DNA from: Micrococcales bacterium
Lineage (GTDB): Bacteria; Actinomycetota; Actinomycetes; Actinomycetales; Microbacteriaceae
Reading direction: 5' to 3'
DNA length: 64,000 nt
NCBI GenBank assembly: GCA_947489135.1
Contig: CANLCU010000001.1
Location: forward strand, 276 to 64,275
The notes beneath the pieces were generated by a model. The model was given only the letters and a program-made list of their open reading frames with translations, did not search any database and had not been told where the DNA came from. Made by a program: the position numbers and the translations under genes. This document shows positions 59,415-64,000 of the stretch, piece after piece. The stretch's first letter is position 1. The number at the start of each line of letters is the position of its first letter.

Positions 59415-62243
59415 ATGACCGATACATCGGCTTACACTGACGCTGGTGCGGCTCAGGGGAGAAAAGGGCTCAAGATTGAGCGTATTTACACCACCGAAGG
59501 CGTTCACCCGTACGACCAGGTTAACTGGGAGTTCCGTGATGTAGTTCAGACCAACTGGAAGACTGGCGAGACCATCTTCGAACAGCGTGGCGCTGAATTC
59601 CCGGAATTCTGGAGCTTGAACGCTTCAACAATCGTGACCACAAAGTACTTCCGTGGCGCACTAGGAACACCAGAGCGTGAATTCAGCCTTCGTCAGTTGA
59701 TCAACCGTGTTGTCTTGACCTACACACAGGGTGGACGTGACCACGGTTACTTCGCAACTGAAGAAGACGCAACCATCTTCGAGCACGAACTAACCTTCAT
59801 GCTTCTAAACCAGGTATTCGCGTTCAACTCACCAGTGTGGTTCAACGTTGGTACCTCAAGCCCACAGCAGGTTTCAGCTTGTTTCATCTTGTCAGTGGAT
59901 GACTCAATGGAATCAATTCTTAACTGGTACCGCGAAGAGGGAATGATCTTCAAGGGTGGATCAGGTGCAGGTCTAAACCTTTCACGTATCCGTTCTTCAA
60001 AGGAACTTCTTCGTTCATCAGGTGGTTCTGCTTCAGGTCCTGTTTCATTCATGCGTGGTGCTGATGCATCTGCAGGAACAATCAAGTCTGGTGGTGCAAC
60101 ACGTCGTGCAGCGAAGATGGTTGTTCTAGATGTTGATCACCCAGACATCGAAGAATTCATTGAGACCAAGTCTCGCGAAGAGGACAAGATTCGCGTACTA
60201 CGCGATGCTGGTTACGACATGGAGCTTGGTGGCAAGGACATCAACTCTGTTCAGTACCAGAACGCAAACAACTCAGTTCGTGTGAACGAAGAGTTCATGA
60301 CAGCTGTTGAGCGTGGCACAAACTTCGGTCTACGTGCTCGCACAAACGGTGAAGTTATTGAAGAAGTAGATGCTCGCGAGCTATGGGACAAGATTGCCTA
60401 TGCTGCATGGGCATGTGCGGACCCAGGTATCCAGTACGACGACATCATCAACGACTGGCACACAACTCCAGAATCAGGTCGCATCACAGCGTCTAACCCA
60501 TGTTCTGAGTACATGCACTTGGACAACTCATCATGTAACCTAGCGAGCTTGAACCTGTTGAAGTTCTTGAACCCAGACGGTTCATTCGACAGCGAGAAGT
60601 TCACAAAGGCTTCAGAGCTGATCATCACTGCAATGGATATCTCAATCTGTTTCGCGGACTTCCCAACCGAGAAGATTGGTGAGACCACACGTGCTTACCG
60701 TCAACTAGGTATTGGTTACGCAAACCTTGGTGCATTGCTAATGGCAATCGGTCTACCTTACGACAGCACAGAAGGACAGGCTCTAGCAGCTGCAATCACA
60801 TCATTGATGTCAGCAGCTTCTTACCGTCGTTCAGCTGAACTTGCTGGTGTTGTTGGTCCTTACGATGGCTACCTACACAACAAGCCAGGTCACGACCGCA
60901 TCATGCGTAAGCACGAGGCAGCAAACGCTAACCTACGTTCAGTTTCAGAGGTTGACCGTTCAGTTCTAGAGCACGCTACACGTCAGTGGGCACTTAACAC
61001 TCAGATCGGTTCATCAAACGGATGGCGTAACTCACAGGCTTCATTGCTTGCACCTACCGGAACAATCGGATTCATGATGGACTGTGACACCACAGGTATC
61101 GAGCCTGACTTCTCACTAGTGAAGTACAAGAAGCTCTCAACCGGTGGTTCAATGCAGATTGTCAACCAGACAATTCCATTTGCATTGCACAGACTTGGTT
61201 ACTCTCAGGAGACCATCGAAGCAATCATCGATCACATCAGCACAAACGGACACGTAGTAGACGCTCCTGGTCTAAAGACCGAGCACTACGCGATCTTCGA
61301 TACAGCTGTTGGTATCCGTGCGATTGAGCCAATGGGTCACGTGAGAATGATGGCTGCAGTTCAGCCGTTCCTATCAGGTGCGATCTCAAAGACTGTAAAC
61401 ATGCCAGAGACTGCAACCATCGAAGAAGTCAAGGAAATTTATTTCCAGGGCTGGAAGTATGGTCTAAAGGCTCTAGCAATTTACCGCGACAACTGTAAGG
61501 TTGGTCAGCCGCTTAGCGATGCTAAGGCAAAGGTTGAAGAGAAGGCTGCACCAGCTGAAGCTAACCCAGTTCAGCTTTCACACCCAGTGCGCAAGCGTCT
61601 ACCTAAGTCACGTCCTTCATCAACCACCTCATTCACTGTTGGTGGAGCAGAAGGTTACATGACTGCAGGTACTTACCCAGATGGTGTTCTAGGTGAAGTA
61701 TTCCTAAAGCTAGGTAAGCAGGGATCAACTCTTGCCGGTGTTATGGATGCATTCTCAATCGCAGTTTCAATTGGTCTCCAGTACGGTGTGCCACTAGAAA
61801 CTTACGTACAGAAGTTCACCAACGTATCATTCGAGCCAGCAGGTTTGACTGATGACAAGGACATCCGTATGGCTAAGTCATTGATGGACTACATTTTCCG
61901 TCGTCTAGCAATTGATTACCTACCAACTGAAACTCGTCAAGCATTGGGTATCAACACCGCTTCAGAGCGCACAGCAACTCTTGATGCGGGTTCATACCCA
62001 GCTATCGCTGAGTCACCTGTTGAAGCAGCTGCAGTTGTTGAAACCCCAGTTGTAATCGAACTAAAGGTTGAAGAAGTTCACACCGAGTCTGCTCGTCAGG
62101 TTCACTCTTCAGCTGAACTGTTTGACATGCTGCAGGGAACCGAATCTGATGCACCTCTTTGCTTCAGCTGTGGAATCAAGATGAGACCTTCGGGCTCATG
62201 CCACGTCTGCGAAGGTTGTGGATCAACAAGCGGTTGTAGCTAA
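59415..62243 (+). CDS. nrdJ: Class II (adenosylcobalamin-dependent) ribonucleotide reductase
   Basis: FNSPVWFN, QQVSACFI, TRRAAKM, SNPCSE, CNLASLNL, APTGTI, GIEP; C-terminal TSCPD region and CxxC..CxxC ribbon. Confidence 0.96.
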   Translation: MTDTSAYTDAGAAQGRKGLKIERIYTTEGVHPYDQVNWEFRDVVQTNWKTGETIFEQRGAEFPEFWSLNASTIVTTKYFRGALGTPEREFSLRQLINRVVLTYTQGGRDHGYFATEEDATIFEHELTFMLLNQVFAFNSPVWFNVGTSSPQQVSACFILSVDDSMESILNWYREEGMIFKGGSGAGLNLSRIRSSKELLRSSGGSASGPVSFMRGADASAGTIKSGGATRRAAKMVVLDVDHPDIEEFIETKSREEDKIRVLRDAGYDMELGGKDINSVQYQNANNSVRVNEEFMTAVERGTNFGLRARTNGEVIEEVDARELWDKIAYAAWACADPGIQYDDIINDWHTTPESGRITASNPCSEYMHLDNSSCNLASLNLLKFLNPDGSFDSEKFTKASELIITAMDISICFADFPTEKIGETTRAYRQLGIGYANLGALLMAIGLPYDSTEGQALAAAITSLMSAASYRRSAELAGVVGPYDGYLHNKPGHDRIMRKHEAANANLRSVSEVDRSVLEHATRQWALNTQIGSSNGWRNSQASLLAPTGTIGFMMDCDTTGIEPDFSLVKYKKLSTGGSMQIVNQTIPFALHRLGYSQETIEAIIDHISTNGHVVDAPGLKTEHYAIFDTAVGIRAIEPMGHVRMMAAVQPFLSGAISKTVNMPETATIEEVKEIYFQGWKYGLKALAIYRDNCKVGQPLSDAKAKVEEKAAPAEANPVQLSHPVRKRLPKSRPSSTTSFTVGGAEGYMTAGTYPDGVLGEVFLKLGKQGSTLAGVMDAFSIAVSIGLQYGVPLETYVQKFTNVSFEPAGLTDDKDIRMAKSLMDYIFRRLAIDYLPTETRQALGINTASERTATLDAGSYPAIAESPVEAAAVVETPVVIELKVEEVHTESARQVHSSAELFDMLQGTESDAPLCFSCGIKMRPSGSCHVCEGCGSTSGCS

Positions 62244-62255
62244 ATCTAAATTGAG

Positions 62256-62295
62256 AATGGGTCGACTTCGAAACTGAAGTCGACCCATTTCCATT
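62256..62295 (+). terminator. Intrinsic terminator after nrdJ
   Basis: 14-bp perfect stem AATGGGTCGACTTC-gaaact-GAAGTCGACCCATT then a pyrimidine-rich tail. Confidence 0.85.
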
Positions 62296-62332
62296 TCCGC
62301 CTATTAGTCGAAGGTAAAGGTAACCTAAGAGA

Positions 62333-63337
62333 ATGATTTACCCAACGCTCTTTCGCCTATTCCTGTCCAGACTAGATCCTGAAACCGCCCATCATCTAGG
62401 GATGTTTGCAATTAGAGCAGCATCAGCACTTCGACTAACCAAGTTATTGTCGAAGATCAAGAGCACCAGAGTAGAAGCGATGGGCTTGAGCTTTGAAGGA
62501 CCTTTTGGTTTAGCAGCTGGCTTTGATAAGAACGCAATTGCAATTAGAGCTTTAGGGGAGATTGGCTTCTCACACGTTGAAATTGGAACAGTCACAGCTA
62601 TCCCGCAATCAGGTAATGATGCTCCTCGTCTTTTTCGTTTGAAGAAAGACCGAGCGCTAATCAATCGCATGGGTTTCAACAACGACGGAGCAGAGGTAAT
62701 TGCTAAGCGTTTAGAAAAACTACGTTCATCAAATCAGAAGCTTCCAATAATTGGAATCAACATTGGAAAAAGCAGAGTGGTTGATGTCAAAGATGCAGTT
62801 GCAGATTATGAAAAGAGTGCGGCACTTCTAGCTCCTTACGCTGAGTACATAGCCGTAAACGTCTCCTCACCAAACACTCCGGGATTGCGATCTCTTCAAG
62901 AGGTAGCTTCACTTCGCCCAATCCTTAAGGCAGTTATTGATAAGTCTCTAGGCAAGCCTGTGCTTGTCAAGATTGCTCCAGATCTTGCTGATGAGGACAT
63001 TATTGAAGTGGCCAATCTTGCAAAAGAATTGAATCTTGCTGGAGTAATTGGAACTAACACAACGATTTCTAGAGAGAATCTTCAGACAACAGCATCAGAT
63101 GTTGCAGCCATGGGTGCTGGAGGTTTGTCTGGTCCGCCACTTAGTAATCGTTCGTTAGAGGTGCTGAAAGTCCTTCGCAAAAACCTAAATGCAAACCAGG
63201 TTGTAATTTCTGTTGGTGGTGTTGAAACTCACGAGCAACTGCTACAGAGATTAAATGCAGGTGCGAATCTGGTTCAGGGTTACACCGGTTTTGTTTACCT
63301 CGGCCCACTATGGGCCAGGGCAGTCAACAAAAACTAA
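62333..63337 (+). CDS. pyrD: Quinone-dependent dihydroorotate dehydrogenase
   Basis: GLAAGFDKN, INRMGFNN, NIGK, NVSSPNT, VKIAPD, GGLSG. Confidence 0.96.
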   Translation: MIYPTLFRLFLSRLDPETAHHLGMFAIRAASALRLTKLLSKIKSTRVEAMGLSFEGPFGLAAGFDKNAIAIRALGEIGFSHVEIGTVTAIPQSGNDAPRLFRLKKDRALINRMGFNNDGAEVIAKRLEKLRSSNQKLPIIGINIGKSRVVDVKDAVADYEKSAALLAPYAEYIAVNVSSPNTPGLRSLQEVASLRPILKAVIDKSLGKPVLVKIAPDLADEDIIEVANLAKELNLAGVIGTNTTISRENLQTTASDVAAMGAGGLSGPPLSNRSLEVLKVLRKNLNANQVVISVGGVETHEQLLQRLNAGANLVQGYTGFVYLGPLWARAVNKN

Positions 63338-64000
63338 ACTAGGCGAGTTTCTGGAGCTTTTGTTTCACGAGGATCGGTCACTGCAATCGGAGCCATAAGC
63401 TCAGTTACCTTGTCCATGATTTCCTTTGGAATTTCAACTCCAACAGCACCTAGGTTGCTGGTGATCTGCTCAGGCGTTGTTGCTCCAACAATTGCACTTG
63501 AAACGTTCTTGTTCTGAAGAACCCAAGCCAATGCAAACTGAGCCATAGTAAGCCCTAGTTCATCTGCAAGAGGTTTCAACTGCTGAACTCTCGTTAGAAC
63601 ATCGTCGGTAAGAAGCTTTTGGATAAAACTGTTTACTTTCTCATTTGATGCTCTTGACCCTGCTGGAACTGGCTGACCTGGCAGATATTTACCAGTTAGA
63701 ACACCTTGAGCCATAGGGGACCAAACAATCTGGCTAACACCTAATTCTTCACAAGTTGGGATTACTTCAGCTTCAATAACTCGCCAGAGCATTGAATACT
63801 GAGGTTGGCTTGAAATTAGTTGGAAGCCCATCTGGGTTGCAAGTTTGTGTCCAGCACGAATCTGCTCTGCATTCCATTCTGAAACACCGATGTATAGAGC
63901 TTTACCCTGTCGAACGATGTCAGCAAATGCCTGCATAGTTTCTTCTAGGGGAGTCTCTACGTCGTAACGGTGTGCTTGGTAAAGATCCACGTAATCCATT
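63334..64000 (-). CDS. Aldo/keto reductase family protein (5' part outside window)
   Basis: DYVDLYQAHR, GKALYIGVSEW, QPQYSML, WSPMAQGVLTGKY, SAIVGA. Confidence 0.92.
   Translation of the reverse strand, partial: MDYVDLYQAHRYDVETPLEETMQAFADIVRQGKALYIGVSEWNAEQIRAGHKLATQMGFQLISSQPQYSMLWRVIEAEVIPTCEELGVSQIVWSPMAQGVLTGKYLPGQPVPAGSRASNEKVNSFIQKLLTDDVLTRVQQLKPLADELGLTMAQFALAWVLQNKNVSSAIVGATTPEQITSNLGAVGVEIPKEIMDKVTELMAPIAVTDPRETKAPETRLV

Overview
Dense core-genome window from a low-GC, streamlined actinobacterium. Gene order and protein sequences point to Microbacteriaceae, most like the freshwater Luna-1 group (Rhodoluna/Aquiluna); this placement is inference. The window starts with the 3' end of an rRNA operon (23S tail, 5S, terminator). 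It then runs through tlyA-nadK-recN-pyrG-xerD-parA-scpAB-rluB-aroH-tyrA-cmk-der, pgsA-garA-two MerR regulators, pyc, def, fadD, glk-plsC-DAHP synthase and a PASTA kinase. The complete dcw cluster (mraZ to ftsZ-yggS-sepF-yggT-divIVA) follows, then lspA-rluD-DUF2061-dnaE, hisD-nrdR-nrdJ-pyrD and a truncated aldo/keto reductase. I found no mobile element, prophage, CRISPR array or tRNA, and no clear-cut new multi-gene system. The best leads are: a 39-aa acidic insertion and altered clamp-binding motifs in the replicative DnaE; a MurE with HHPR in place of DNPR; a diverged FtsZ with an FtsR-type operator; a variant mraW RNA motif whose loop is complementary to the mraZ 3' end; a codon-atypical B12-dependent nrdJ under tandem NrdR boxes; and a 30-codon micro-ORF upstream of the kinase that repeats the GarA phosphosite pentapeptide. 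All family calls are by eye from motifs and synteny; no searches were run.
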